DNA of 63,986 nucleotides, filler included, from Folioceros fuciformis (GCA_049999805.1; 14 parts of 14 records of this genome joined end to end with filler, not necessarily neighbours in it), one strand, 5' to 3'; numbered from the whole stretch's first letter, positions 12,176-23,420 are shown. Numbers and translations are program-made. Notes: generated from the sequence alone by a model not told the origin.

Positions 12176-12884
12176 AGTAGTGTTTGAGCAGGTGATTGCC
12201 CGCTATGGCTGTCCCTTGGAGTTGGTGAGTGATCGAGGCACACATTTCGTCAACGAGGTTTTCACTCACCTGGCAGAGCACTTCAACGTACAACACCGAT
12301 GAACGACCCCTTACAATCCGAAGGCTAATGGTTTGACAAAGAAAGCAAACGAACTCCTGTGCCAGATACTCAACAAGTTGACAGTGGAATATGCCTACGA
12401 CTGGGACCTCAAGCTTTATTTGGCACTATGGGCGTACAAGATAGCAGAAAGGATTACAACGCAGAGGACGCCCTAGTACCTCACTTATGGGCATCACCCG
12501 GTGACGCCAGTGGAATTTGAAGTTCCGACCCTGCGCATCTTGAGGGAGAAACGAATGTCAGTGGAAGAAAGTCAGCTGGAGAGCCTGGTCAGTTTCGTGA
12601 GGCACACTGAAAACAGGGAGCAGGCACTAGAGGCAATGTAGGAGATGCAAGCCAAGAGGAAGGAGTGGCACGATCGCAAGCTGAGGAAGTAGGATTGGGT
12701 GGGACCTAGAGATTTAGCCCTGCTGTATGACAATAGGTATATGCATTTTCCGGGAAAGTTGCATCTGAGTTGGATGGGACCATTCCAAGTAGTTGAAGTT
12801 TTCGACAAAGGCTCCATTCAGTTGCAGCAGATGGATGGGCAGCCACTGCCAACTAGAGTCAAAGGTTGGCGAGTGAAAAAGTAC
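12176..12884 (+). mobile_element. Ty3/gypsy integrase core and C-terminus, degenerate
   Basis: VIARYGCPLELVSDRGTHFVN...TTPYNPKANG...GKLHLSWMGPFQVVEV (GPY/F motif). Confidence 0.92.
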
Positions 12885-13085
12885 NNNNNNNNNNNNNNNN
12901 NNNNNNNNNNNNNNNNNNNNNNNNNNNNTTAATTAATTAANNNNNNNNNNNNNNNNNNNNNNNNNNNNNNNNNNNNNNNNNNNNGCGCAAACTTCTTTAG
13001 CCCAAAACTTTGTGGGCCCATGAGAGAATGGGTCTGTGCTGATTTCTTCATCAGCGTCTGGCAAAGACCCAAGGCCATTCACTCT

Positions 13086-13700
13086 CTACATCATGTATGT
13101 CGTGCATCGTATATCGATGTCCATCGCCTCAACATGCCTCCCCCTCTGAATAGCAGCATGAAGGAACAATCCGGATCCTGCGCAAGCATCCACAACCCAG
13201 TCTCCTTCAACCGAAAACATGTTCACTAGCATTCCCATCAACCCCAACGGCTTATGATATGGGGAGACGACCATCGAATCAACCGAGTGAAAAAGATGTT
13301 TTTTCACGACAGCCCCATGCCTTATCACTCTCGGCAGAAGAAATCCCTGATTCGCAAATAAGGCTGCTTTGGTGGTATGAGCTTCCGAGTGGACTGCACT
13401 TCCAACTATTAGGTACTCCACAGTCTCTACTGCCCCTGCATTTGGAGGAATGTTGGTCTTTTCCCAAACCAATGTTTGTATGGTGCCTTTCTTACACCAT
13501 GGCCTAAGTGCCTCTCTCGCCTTTGAGATGAGGTCAACCCCATGCATGAGGACCACTCGATAAACATTGCTACTTGTGCATTCAGAAAACCCCTTAATCA
13601 TGTCTTCAAGGTCCTCGCTAGTCAACTGCCTGTCATAGTCATGTCATATGAGACCATGAGGCAAATCAACGAACAATAGGGTATAAGGTCTCTTTACCAG
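13086..13700 (-). pseudogene. N6_N4 DNA methyltransferase domain (beta order: catalytic motif IV before SAM-binding motif I)
   Basis: DLPH(G) is in frame with ORF 13086-13625 across a single TGA at 13644-13646; HKP...VVDACAGSG motif. Confidence 0.88.
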
Positions 13701-13963
13701 AAATCCGCTCATCTCCAGAACGCTTCTCTGCATCACTTGATATTTTGTTTTTTGGTTGCTGTTGGGGACTCTGAACTCTGACAAACCAGCATCCATATCG
13801 GCGTTTGCTAGTTTATGCTTCTCCTCTTCTAATTGTTTCTAGTTCCTTGCTGAGTACGCGTAATCCTAGAACGGCTTGGGAAACAATTCCAGGTCGTTTA
13901 TATCTACAGGTTTCTACCAACAAATATCTTCATCAGCAAACTCTGTTACTTTCATTAGTCAAA

Positions 13964-14003
13964 GTGGTTGGAGTGCGCCGGTCGTCTAGCGCACTCCAAC
14001 CAC
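13964..14003. repeat. Intronic hairpin, 15-bp perfect stem, containing the 22-bp palindrome variant
   Basis: GTGGTTGGAGTGCGC-(CGGTCGTCTA)-GCGCACTCCAACCAC. Confidence 0.85.
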
Positions 14004-14744
14004 CTAACCATAGAAGTTGGACAGGATTCATGAAGCAATTGAAAGAAAACTTACCACTTTTGCAAAGGCCGTCTGGAATCGAAGAAGATTCGCGTCTTCA
14101 ATGTGCTTGGGGTATATTTGCTCAGTTTCTTCGAAGGTTGCGCATTTTAGAGCTATCTGGAACGCATGCTGTATCAGGTGAATCTTCTTCCTTTTGCCCA
14201 CCTCTGCGTCCATGTCCTTTAGTTGAAGCTTCCCCTGTCTGACCTTCTGGGTTACTGCGATGAGCATCTCCTCCCCTTTTGCACTTGCTGGAACTCCTTG
14301 AAAGGCCCCTCAAGGCCTGCCCTGCATTGCGGTAACCTTTTTTGTGGACTCATCAGCCATAGGGGTGCTATTGGAAGCTATGCCAGCTTCCCCTGGTTTC
14401 CTCTTTGCTTTCGCCCGCTTCTTCGTGCCTGTGCTCCCTCCTGCTACCTGTTCCGGACGCTCCTTCCTCTCCCACATCTTAAAAATCCTGTCAACATTTT
14501 CTCATAGGACTCCACTGCACCTTGCCACCCGATATGGTATTGTCTGCCTAGCTACCATCTTGTATACCTAGTCAGCATCCCTTGGGTCACCTGCCTCATC
14601 CGTCCTCCAGCAACCTGTAGAGATTAAACTTCCACTTCACTGGTGGCTTCTCGTCCAGTCCATGGCTCATGTAGAAAATATCCAACTTGTCATGGATGTA
14701 TCTTACTTGCTTGATGAAGCCCATCCTCTTCCGTTTGTCTGCAA

Positions 14745-15140
14745 AAACATTGTGATCTACTGCGAGGACTCGCTTTTCCTCATCCGTCAGGCCTGCATAA
14801 ACATGCCCTTCCATCCACTCGTATTTGTCCTTTGTTGGGTACATCTGATGCTTTTGCAACCCTAAAGCTTTTGCATAGCTGCGAAACAATGGTTGCCCCC
14901 AAGCACTCCCATCTGGTAACCCTACGCTGTGATCTTCTCCAGCAAAACATCTTCTTTCTTCGAACCCTGTTTCGAATCAATCATGCATAGGAGAGGTAAA
15001 ATACCTTCCTTCACAGACCCTGTCTGCATCTGCCTGACCCGGTACTTCATCCAGGCTTTGTCAACCTCACGAATCTATGCATCCGCTGTTATATAACTTA
15101 TAGGGTGGAGCATATCCACATGAAGATCAAATGTCGTCGA
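14745..15140 (-). pseudogene. ParB/Sulfiredoxin-like N-terminal domain
   Basis: GGNH-C at 14886-14900 (TGT could be deaminated CGT, giving GGNHR), followed by VYxGLTDEExxxLAxxHN. Confidence 0.7.
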
Positions 15141-15918
15141 GTGGATCCTTTTTGCATGCGCTTTTCTTCGAACAACATAGAGCTAGTCCTCATCCTGCAC
15201 AACCCTCTCCATCCGTTCAACGTCTGTCTCTACTGTTTGGGGCGGCTCGTCCTCGAAAGTAGGCCCTTGAGCCTGCCGCCTCTGTTTCTGCCTAGTAGAA
15301 GCCTCGTTGATAGGCCCTACCGACCTGCTCTTCCTCTTCAGGGGTGAAGCTGCCACTGAACCACATCAGCTGTTACATCCGATGTCCACGACAGGAAACC
15401 AGACTAGACCAAATTGCAAACCGATTAGCAAGATATGCACCTGTGGCTCTTTTTTGAGACCTCGCAGGAGGTCGTGGCTGTCTTCTTCTTCCTTTGGGCT
15501 GGGGCGCCGGTAGGCCGGCGCACCGTGTTCTGCTTCTTCCTTGGTGGCGTCACCTCAACGGGCGATTCCTCTTCTTCTTCCTGTTCATCGTGTGAGCCTC
15601 TTCCAGCATCCAGTGCCTCATTGAGGTTGTCTTCGGTGGAGGAGTAACCACCCATCTCCTTCTCTTGGTCACTGCTTAGCTCCTCCACCTCACGCAGTTA
15701 GTCTTCCGACAGCTCTAGCTGCATGCGCGGCATCTCCACCGGCCTCTTCGTCACCCTTCCTGTGCTAACACCAAAATCTGCGAAGGTCGCAATTCGTTGG
15801 CGCTCTCCGGCAATCCTGGATGCTAGGGCTTGGTTCTTCAGGACGCAATCCGCACACAATCGCAAGACAGTTTGACAGAATTGTTTGCCTCCCTGTTACA
15901 CCCACAAGATGCAAGTAA

Positions 15919-15958
15919 TTAGGGTTTAGGGTTTGCTGGGTTAATGAGCCTATATAAG
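15919..15958 (-). promoter_or_regulatory. Putative promoter of the ParB-MTase gene (TATA-like element followed by telo-boxes)
   Basis: CTTATATAGG, then AAACCCTAAACCCTAA on the - strand, about 200 bp upstream of the reading frame. Confidence 0.45.
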
Positions 15959-16018
15959 TAAGCAACAACAACTGGGATAATTAACTATTGGGTTAATAAA
16001 CTGAAATAAATGATTAAG

Positions 16019-16633
16019 CTAATCATATACTAACATCTTGCACATTCAGACAATCTGTGTTTCGTCTTCCACGCCATCAACGGATGCACAGAGAATCCAC
16101 CTAGGCCTCCTTCCCTCATTGTCCGGCAAGCCTTGGAAACCGTTAGTCCACAGAGCCATGAGCGGCACTCATGGCAAATTGTAGTCTTCTGGCTCCTCTT
16201 CGATCACTAAAAACCACTCTTTGTCTGTGTTGAACCTTTTGGCAAGGGTGTCTTCAAGTTTCTTTAGCTTCAAGCGCCCAACAAAGTTGTACGCATTTGG
16301 AATATTGGGGTTCTGACTACCACCATTGCTGCCACCCTGAGTCACATTCACAGGCACATGGTTAACATGAACCTCACTAGCTAAGCTGTTTGAGGCACGA
16401 ACGCTCCCTCCTGAATTGTCTTTCCTCAATGCGAGAGCTGTTGGCTGTGGTGTAACATCTCCTACTGTGATCACTTGTCTCCGCTAGTTTTCTCTCTCGA
16501 CAATAAGGCTAGATGCAGCGCAAGCTAAAGCTTTCGCTCCCTGTCGTGGTTTCTTCAGCCTTGATGGTGCCTCCAATACTTCCATATCAATGGCCGCATT
16601 TAGTTGCTTGTTGCTTTGCCAGCCAGCTGCCAT
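16019..16633 (-). pseudogene. Small accessory ORF (~204 codons, three in-frame stops), possible C-terminal SAM-like helical domain
   Basis: ATG at 16633 is in frame with ORF 16169-16474 and continues to TAG at 16019; FVGRLKLKKLEDTLAKRFNTDKEWFLVIEEE. Confidence 0.5.
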
Positions 16634-16934
16634 CTTCGCCTGTGCGTGAGAGGAAGTCAACGAGAAAACTTCAGAAGACTAGAGCTGATGCAGAAGCACT
16701 GAGGAATGAATTAAGCATTCAATGACAAGATTTGAAGTCCAACTGTGAAGTTGAATGTGTGTTGCCTGAAATAGGCAGAGTGTTTGAACAACGTCCTTTG
16801 CATTTATGCTAGAACAACGATTAAAGGCGTTGTTCCCGACAAACAACAGCTACTTGATTTGGTGATCAAACGTTCATATAAAAAAGGCGGCTTAATTATG
16901 CCAGCGTAACCTGTATTCAATGAATTGGTGAGTG

Positions 16935-18210
16935 ATGGTAGAATGCATCTTGCAAGGAAGCTCCTTTGCGATTAATCAGTGCAACATTGGCATGGATTGG
17001 CAGGCTTCTTCCTCAGGCGACATGGTGCCTATGAAAACATTGGAGTTCAATTCTCAAGGTAGGCGACAACTACGGTTGAAGACTGGCATTTGTTTTTTGA
17101 AGTTGAAAGTCTGATCTTCTTTGTTCGCGTCTTGCTGCTTTGTTCCCGAAGATTCGGAAGGAATCGACATCGACTTCCGACCATCTCTTGTACGTCTAAG
17201 TCTTCTGGATGGCATCCATACTCCGGCAAGCCCATTGCGAACCCAGTATCCTTTCACGCCAGCAACCAAGAAAACAACACCTCTGAAACGGAATGCGGAT
17301 CGCACAATCTTGGGCGAGGACTTTGATGATTCGGATGTAGAAGGAATTGCGAGTGGACATCAAGTACCGGGAGAATCGACCGGGGAGCACTTCTAGCCCG
17401 AAGCCAAAGGAGGGGATGTCATGGCCGTAGACTCTATAAGGACGACATGCATATCGTCCCGAAAAACATACAACCTGAAATCATCATCCGAGTCCTTGAT
17501 TGAAGTTCGTGGAGATCATCGACGCAGTCGGAAGAAAAAAATCTCGACTGTACCTGAGGAAAAGTGCTTTGAGATCCGCATTTCTGTAGATTACCTCAGA
17601 CTATGTTGTGCAAAGCAGTGTCTTAGATCCTTAGGTAAACCAAGCTTTCGAGATTTGAGATACCAATTTCTAAACCTGTGCAGGACAGAGCAAGAAATGT
17701 TTTTGCAGACCCTGTTTGATGTCAAGCGTACTTCATATGGATGCTCGACAGCGGTGGCTTTTCTCATTGGATCTGTTGAGATACGCTGTTGTTGGGATGC
17801 CTTTAGACGAGTTTTCTGTATCGGTGCGAACAGGTACGAGGCAACAAAAGAAAGAGCTTTGGATAACATTATGTGGGTGGGCTCTGTCCATGCAGAAAAG
17901 CGCACCCGGGACCACGCTATTGTTGCATGTGTTTGGATGGATCAATTATTTTGCCTCCTTGCAGAACGCATGCCAAACATTGAAGTGTACCATCTTCCCG
18001 ACTCGTACACAAAAGAGGAAACTTTTATGGAGTACAAGCAGCAAATGCAACGAGCAGAATAGTATAGTGTGTCTTACTCTTATTTCTGTCAATTGTGGGC
18101 TTCACATTTCTACAAGGTGCAAATTCCGAAGACCAACAGATTTTCGCTCTATATAATCTCGGATTACCTGAAAAGGAACATTAGAGCAGAGTCTAATAAG
18201 AAGAAACAAG
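16935..18210 (+). mobile_element. DNA transposase N-terminal region (Sola-like/DUF7869-type), pseudogenised and truncated by an LTR insertion
   Basis: Single frame across ORFs 16932-17114, 17121-17396, 17421-18062 and beyond. CCAKQC, RCCWDAFRRVFCIG, WM..AERMP..YHLP..Y, VSYSYFCQLWASHFYKVQIPKTNRFS. GTATGT donor at 18211; TATA-like element at ~16876. Confidence 0.62.
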
Positions 18211-18253
18211 GTATGTGAGCGCATTTTTTCAGTTACGTTTCAGGTAGGCATTT

Positions 18254-18446
18254 GAAGTGCGTCGGTCGATCGGCGCACTTCGCTCCATCCTTCCCTGATA
18301 AGTGCACTGGTTGACCGGCGCACATTTTTCTTCCCATTGATGTTGAGAGTGCGCCGGTCTACTGGCACACTCCCCCTGTTTTGCATCCTTTAGCTTTTCT
18401 TGTGACTGCTCTGTGGCAGGTGTGCGCCGGTAACCCACCAGTTCAC
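18254..18446. repeat. Cluster of 22-bp palindromes (consensus GTGCGCCGGTCGACCGGCGCAC)
   Basis: Copies at 18257-18278 (20/22), 18302-18323 (19/22), 18349-18370 (19/22) and a half copy at 18422-18431. Confidence 0.85.
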
Positions 18447-18484
18447 ACACTTTTTCCTTATTCTCATGTGTAGGTCTTTGCTGT

Positions 18485-19630
18485 TGTGGAGTTAAAATAT
18501 GGTACCTAGGGGTACCGCGAGGTCCAAACAAGCCCTCTATGTCGTTGTAGCTCTGGGATTCAATCCCAAGGGAATGATTTGTGTTAAACTACACAGGTTA
18601 GCATCTAAAGTCAAGTAGCACCTAAAGCTCGACTGACTCACACGCACACGTCCAGTGCTCAGACCTTACCAAGCCCCCTTACTTCTCCCACCAGATGACT
18701 CCTCGACCACCCGGTCACCCCAGGGACTACCTTCCCCTAGACTACTCTTGGTTGCCCAATGGGCTACCCCCGTTGCCTTTCGGGCGACGGTCGCCTGACA
18801 GTCTACCACTCGTGGGTCCCACTCTCTCTCTCTCTCCCTCAATTCTCTCTCTCTAGGATTTTCTCTTCCTCTAGGTCGTTCCTTCCCGACTGATTACCTC
18901 CTGCCCGTGCATCCCCTTTGGCGCTTCCCTTCCTTGGTTCACCACAAAACCGCCCTACTCACCTCATAAGCAAGCGCACGCACACATGAACAACAACAAT
19001 CTATTAGAGGCCTTCCACCCGCGGGATCTCACACCTTAGATACACCCCCTACGGTCTCCATTCAGCTTCTTCCCAGTCTCTCCAGTCTCATTGCGACCAG
19101 TCACTCATACACACCACGTCTCGTTGCACCCCACACACATTACCCACCTCGCCCCCGGGGTTTCCCCGGCTTTGTTCTCTCTTACCCCACTGCTCGGTCA
19201 CTCGCTCCTCCTCCTTCTCACACACGCGCACCCCCGTGCTCTCCTTTCTCTAGTTCTTCAATCTTCTTTCTCAGTGATGCCCCCGCTTGGGCTCCAATTA
19301 ACGTTGAGGAATGATGAGGTACTGGAGCTAAGAGAAGAGGAGTCCCTTCCACTCCGCACTCACGGATTCGGCTCCGACACCCGCACCACCCCACGTGACC
19401 ACCTCGAGGATAGCTGGGGAGCTTCTCTCCCACTCGGCGAGGCTCCTTCTCTCGATTCGTCCCTGGACCTGATCACGGAGCGCCCACCACCTACACCCGC
19501 ACCCCAGGTTGCTACGTGCGCTCGCTTGCCTGGACCTCCTGTCCAGCAACGGCCATCGCTAGGTCCCTGCAAGGTCGACTGTTCGGCTGGTTCTTGCTGA
19601 TTTCTTAGGCCTCCAAACCGGCCTCTTGTA
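18485..19630. mobile_element. LTR family B (left end TGTGGAG; right boundary approximate)
   Basis: 18485-18585 is the reverse complement of 10560-10659. Confidence 0.6.
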
Positions 19631-19760
19631 CACGGTGATGGCAGTTTTTTCCGCCATAAAGTTTGTCAGGCAGGGGAGCCGCGCTCTTAAATTCTGAGCG
19701 ACTTAGGTCCAAATAAAGCACGCTAAAAAATCCTATTCTAGCCTGCATTTACTATCGCCG

Positions 19761-20745
19761 TTACCCATGCCGCTGGCGGCTTCCTCCTGGCCTTCGCGTG
19801 TCACCCCTTGCTGCCCCTCCTCTTGCTCTTCTGCCCCTCCGTTGGTCCGGCACATCCTCCCAGAGGATCTCCACATCATTGCTGCTGCTGCTGGACCTAG
19901 CTGGCGGCACAGGTGGGTCCCGCCGCTGTGGTCCACCACTCCTCCTCCTTCTCTGGTTGCTGAGGACAGCCACAGGCCCCCATTCTTCCCAGCGCTGGGC
20001 CTCCTCTTCCGTTAGTTCCTCCAGAACTGCCTCCTCATAGTAGTGGGGCAATCCTGTCACCCACCATCTGTAGTGGTAGAGTCCCAGACGCGTCCTCAAC
20101 TGTAGGACGTAGCCCAACGTCCCTCCTGTGCCCATACGTACATACAGAAATAGCCTTGCTCTTCCCCTTCACTCTCTCTGGCCTCATCCCGCTCCCGCTT
20201 GTATCTGTCAGCCAACTTTTGAGTCTGCTCCACGGCGGCTATCTCCATATGCCTTGGCCATTTCCTGTTGCATCTCCAGGTTAGTCTCGTGAGCCTCCCT
20301 CCCCTGAGCTAGCAGGGTCCCCTGTTGCTCTTTCAGCGCCTGCAATTCAGCCCTCGCCTCGCGCGCCTCATCCTCGGCTTGAGCCTTCTCCCTGTCTAGG
20401 ACCCGCTGCTTCTCCTCCAGCAGCTACCGCGCCATCTCCGACTCCGCCAGTTGCCTCCTTGCTTCAGCCTCTCGCTCACGAGCCTTCTCCTCCTTTCCCC
20501 AAGCCTCGGCCTCTCGCTCCGCTTGTACACTTAACCGGGTCAGGGCCCTAGCAGCCTGATCCAGGAGGTCTGCTTGGGCTTGCACCATCGCAGCAGTCAG
20601 CTCGGGTAGGTCCACCTCTTGCACCCCTCCTGTGCCCATTCCTGTCGCCGTGATTTGTCTGCCCAGGAATTCTCGCAACTTGTCCAGGTCCCCCACCTGC
20701 AACCTGTCTCTCTGAGGCCTGCACTTGAAAATGTCCTTCCACCTT
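19761..20745 (-). pseudogene. Coiled-coil accessory ORF of an LTR retroelement
   Basis: E/Q/A/R-rich heptads; EAHETNLEMQQEM..QKLADRYKRERDEA is homologous to 27511-28026. Confidence 0.6.
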
Positions 20746-23420
20746 NNNNNNNNNNNNNNNNNNNNNNNNNNNNNNNNNNNNNNNNNNNNTTAATTAATTA
20801 ANNNNNNNNNNNNNNNNNNNNNNNNNNNNNNNNNNNNNNNNNNNNCAAGGAGAGGTCCGCCCACACGCTTCCCGCCTTCTCGCGCGCACAGCAGAGCAGA
20901 GCAGAGCAGAGCAGAGGGGCCGCAGAGCAGAAAGCAGAGCAGAGCAGAGCCGAGCGGCGCAGGAGCCAGCAGCAGAAGCAGCGGAGCAGGCAGCCAGCCA
21001 GCCAGCCAGAACAGCGCAAGCTGGAGAAGAGAGAGGGGAGCGCCACAGCACAGCTTACAGGCACGGAGGCACAGGCAACAGGTCAGGTCCTGGTAAGCAA
21101 GCGAGGCACGGAGGGAAAGGAAAGGAAGCAGCCAGGGAAGGGCGAGAAGGGAAAAGCGAGGCGTGTGCCCAAGTGCAAGTGCAAGCAAAGCAAGCCCGGC
21201 CCAGGCCGGGGGCCAGAGCCGGGGCCCTGGACACCCTCGTCCCACTGCGCATCAGAAGCTCTGCCCCTGACTCTGTCGCAGCAGAGAGAGAATGCGGAAA
21301 CGGCTACAGTCATCCCATCCGGCTTCCCTTCCTCATCAGCCACCGCCGATTATCGTCCTTTTCCCCCAAGAGAAAGAGAGAGGAAATGGGCTGGCTCGGC
21401 TCGGCTCCCGCTCGCTTCTCTGCGTCTGCCCCTTCCCTGCCAATGCTGGCTGCTCTTCCCACAATTAATCCCCCTCCCATCTGTCTAATAAATATCCAAG
21501 AGGTGCCTTCTCCTCCAAGCGTGTGCGTGCGTGCGACCTTGTGCTCTGCGCCACACCCCCTTTCCTTTCCTTTCCTTCCCCCACCGCTCACACCATCGCA
21601 CATACCCGATCACAACCATCCACTCTTCAACTCACAAACAAACAAACAAAAGGCAGAAAGGCAGATATGAAGGAAAACGTGGAACAAACACCCATCCCAA
21701 CCATATTAAGAACAACCCAACTCAAAAGAAGGAAGAGAGACAAGGCATGTCCGCACAAGGCTGGAATCAAATCCACTCCAATGGGTCTCTTTCTCACTCC
21801 CTCCATGGATGTGCAGCACCGGGAGCCCAAGGTACTTGCTTCAAATGTTGCCGTGACAACATCATCACGCGAAGAATGTTTCACGAATAAGTACCTCTAT
21901 GACAGGAAACTGACGAACCATACGGCCTCATGTGTGCGTGACATGCTCCCATGCTTCCATGGTACCTAGGACAGTTCAGGAGGTCACAAGGAAGATATGG
22001 TAGACAAACGGACCCAATACAACCGACTCTTGCACAACTGACAACGGTTGTCTCTTCTTTCTCAATTGACAATAGCTCTCCTCTCCTGCAACTCCTGCCT
22101 GCCTACCAGACTACCTCTCGAATGAATGAATACATGTGCTCCAACTGCAAATTGCTTTCTCTGCATGAATGAAGGTTGTCCTAGCAAGCGCTTGTAACGT
22201 CTTTGTTCCTCGACAGACACGGTACTAAGGCCTCATTGTCTCTGTTCCGCATTGTCTCTATTCTTGGACAGACAAGGTACCCAAAGCTTCACATGATGCA
22301 TGACGTGGTGCTCTTGGGGACAATGTTCAAATATCCTTGCTTCGAGAGTCAGAGTCACGCGGTTGGACAACCAATGCCCAGACCAAGTGTAGAAAACGAC
22401 AAACGTGAGCCCCTAAGCAAGGACACAATGAGCTCTACACCTAGAGCTGGTTTGCAAGGACAAGATAATAGGTGAAAGCAGCATCACATCTAATCAAAGA
22501 AAGATTATTAATAACTATTTAATCAATGATGGATTAGCATGAGTGACACTCGGCCTAAACATACATCGTTGTTATTGAAGAGCACAGATGTATGCAGCAT
22601 ATACCCCGCTCCTATAACTACATTAAACATCATAATGACAAGATATCATTATTTAAGAGTTTTAGAGATAGCCTTTTAATTTTGATCATGCTGTTTGATA
22701 TACGTTATCTCGGACAAGTTGTATGGATAAGCATGGACCATGCTTCTCTTGGGAGGGCCGGGCCGGGCTGGGCTGGGCTGGGCCATCCTCCCGGCTAGCT
22801 GTGAGAAATTCGGATGCGATGGATCTACGATCTAGAATCCGGCAGGGGCGAGGGCGATGGCGAGGGATAAAATACGTATGGGACGATATCCAATACGTTG
22901 CGCAGGTAGGTAGCGGTAAAAGAAATGTGGTGGAAGGGGGCCTGGGAGCTTCTAAGAAATATCGTATGACGTGTGGAAGCACAGATGAAGCAAAGGGGGG
23001 GCTCCAACACAGCGCAGTGCGCACGCTGGTGGTCGCAAGGACGCCGGCAAGCAGCGTGCCATGGTCGGTGCGCGTGACCTGTGATGGCCAAATCCGGTTG
23101 CCGCTGCCTGGACGCGATCAAATTTAGCCCGCCAGCAGCCACATCATGCATGCTTCAACAATTGCAGCCTCGAAGCCCCTTCCCTTCCCTTTTTTCTGCT
23201 GCTGTGTCTTCTCCCCCCCTTGGCGTCGCGTCGCCATCTCCACCCGGTCCGTAAGCGCGTCCTCGTCACTTGCCGCAAACCCAGTGGCGAGCAAGTTGCC
23301 CGCATCACGGCTCTCCCGCTGGGAGGCCCGGGTGAACGCGGCGCGCCGTGCCGTGCCGCGCCGCGGAGTGATGTGGTGCGGTGTGGCGTGGCGTGGAGTG
23401 GCGGAGACTAGACATCGGGA

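Larger units (their letters stand above)
12985..15745 (-). pseudogene. Spliced gene encoding acidic N-terminus + ParB/Srx-like domain + helical region + beta-class DNA amino-methyltransferase (N6A/N4C family)
   Basis: Read through stops and frameshifts: FDLHVDML..IREVDKAW..ILPLLCMI..YQMGVLGGNH(C)FAAMQKL..HVYAGLTDEEKRVLAVDHN (ParB-like). GT-AG intron at ~13915-14054. Then LLFVDLPHG (motif IV, 13656-13667), LVWEK, VEYLIVG, HKPLGLMGMLVNMFSVEGDWVVDACAGSG...RGRHVEAMDID (motifs X/I). Confidence 0.8.

Noticed and set aside
18254-18446. Spaced palindromic repeats resembling a CRISPR array
   Set aside because: Only 3-4 degenerate copies with irregular spacing, eukaryotic intron context and no cas genes; reported as a palindrome family instead.
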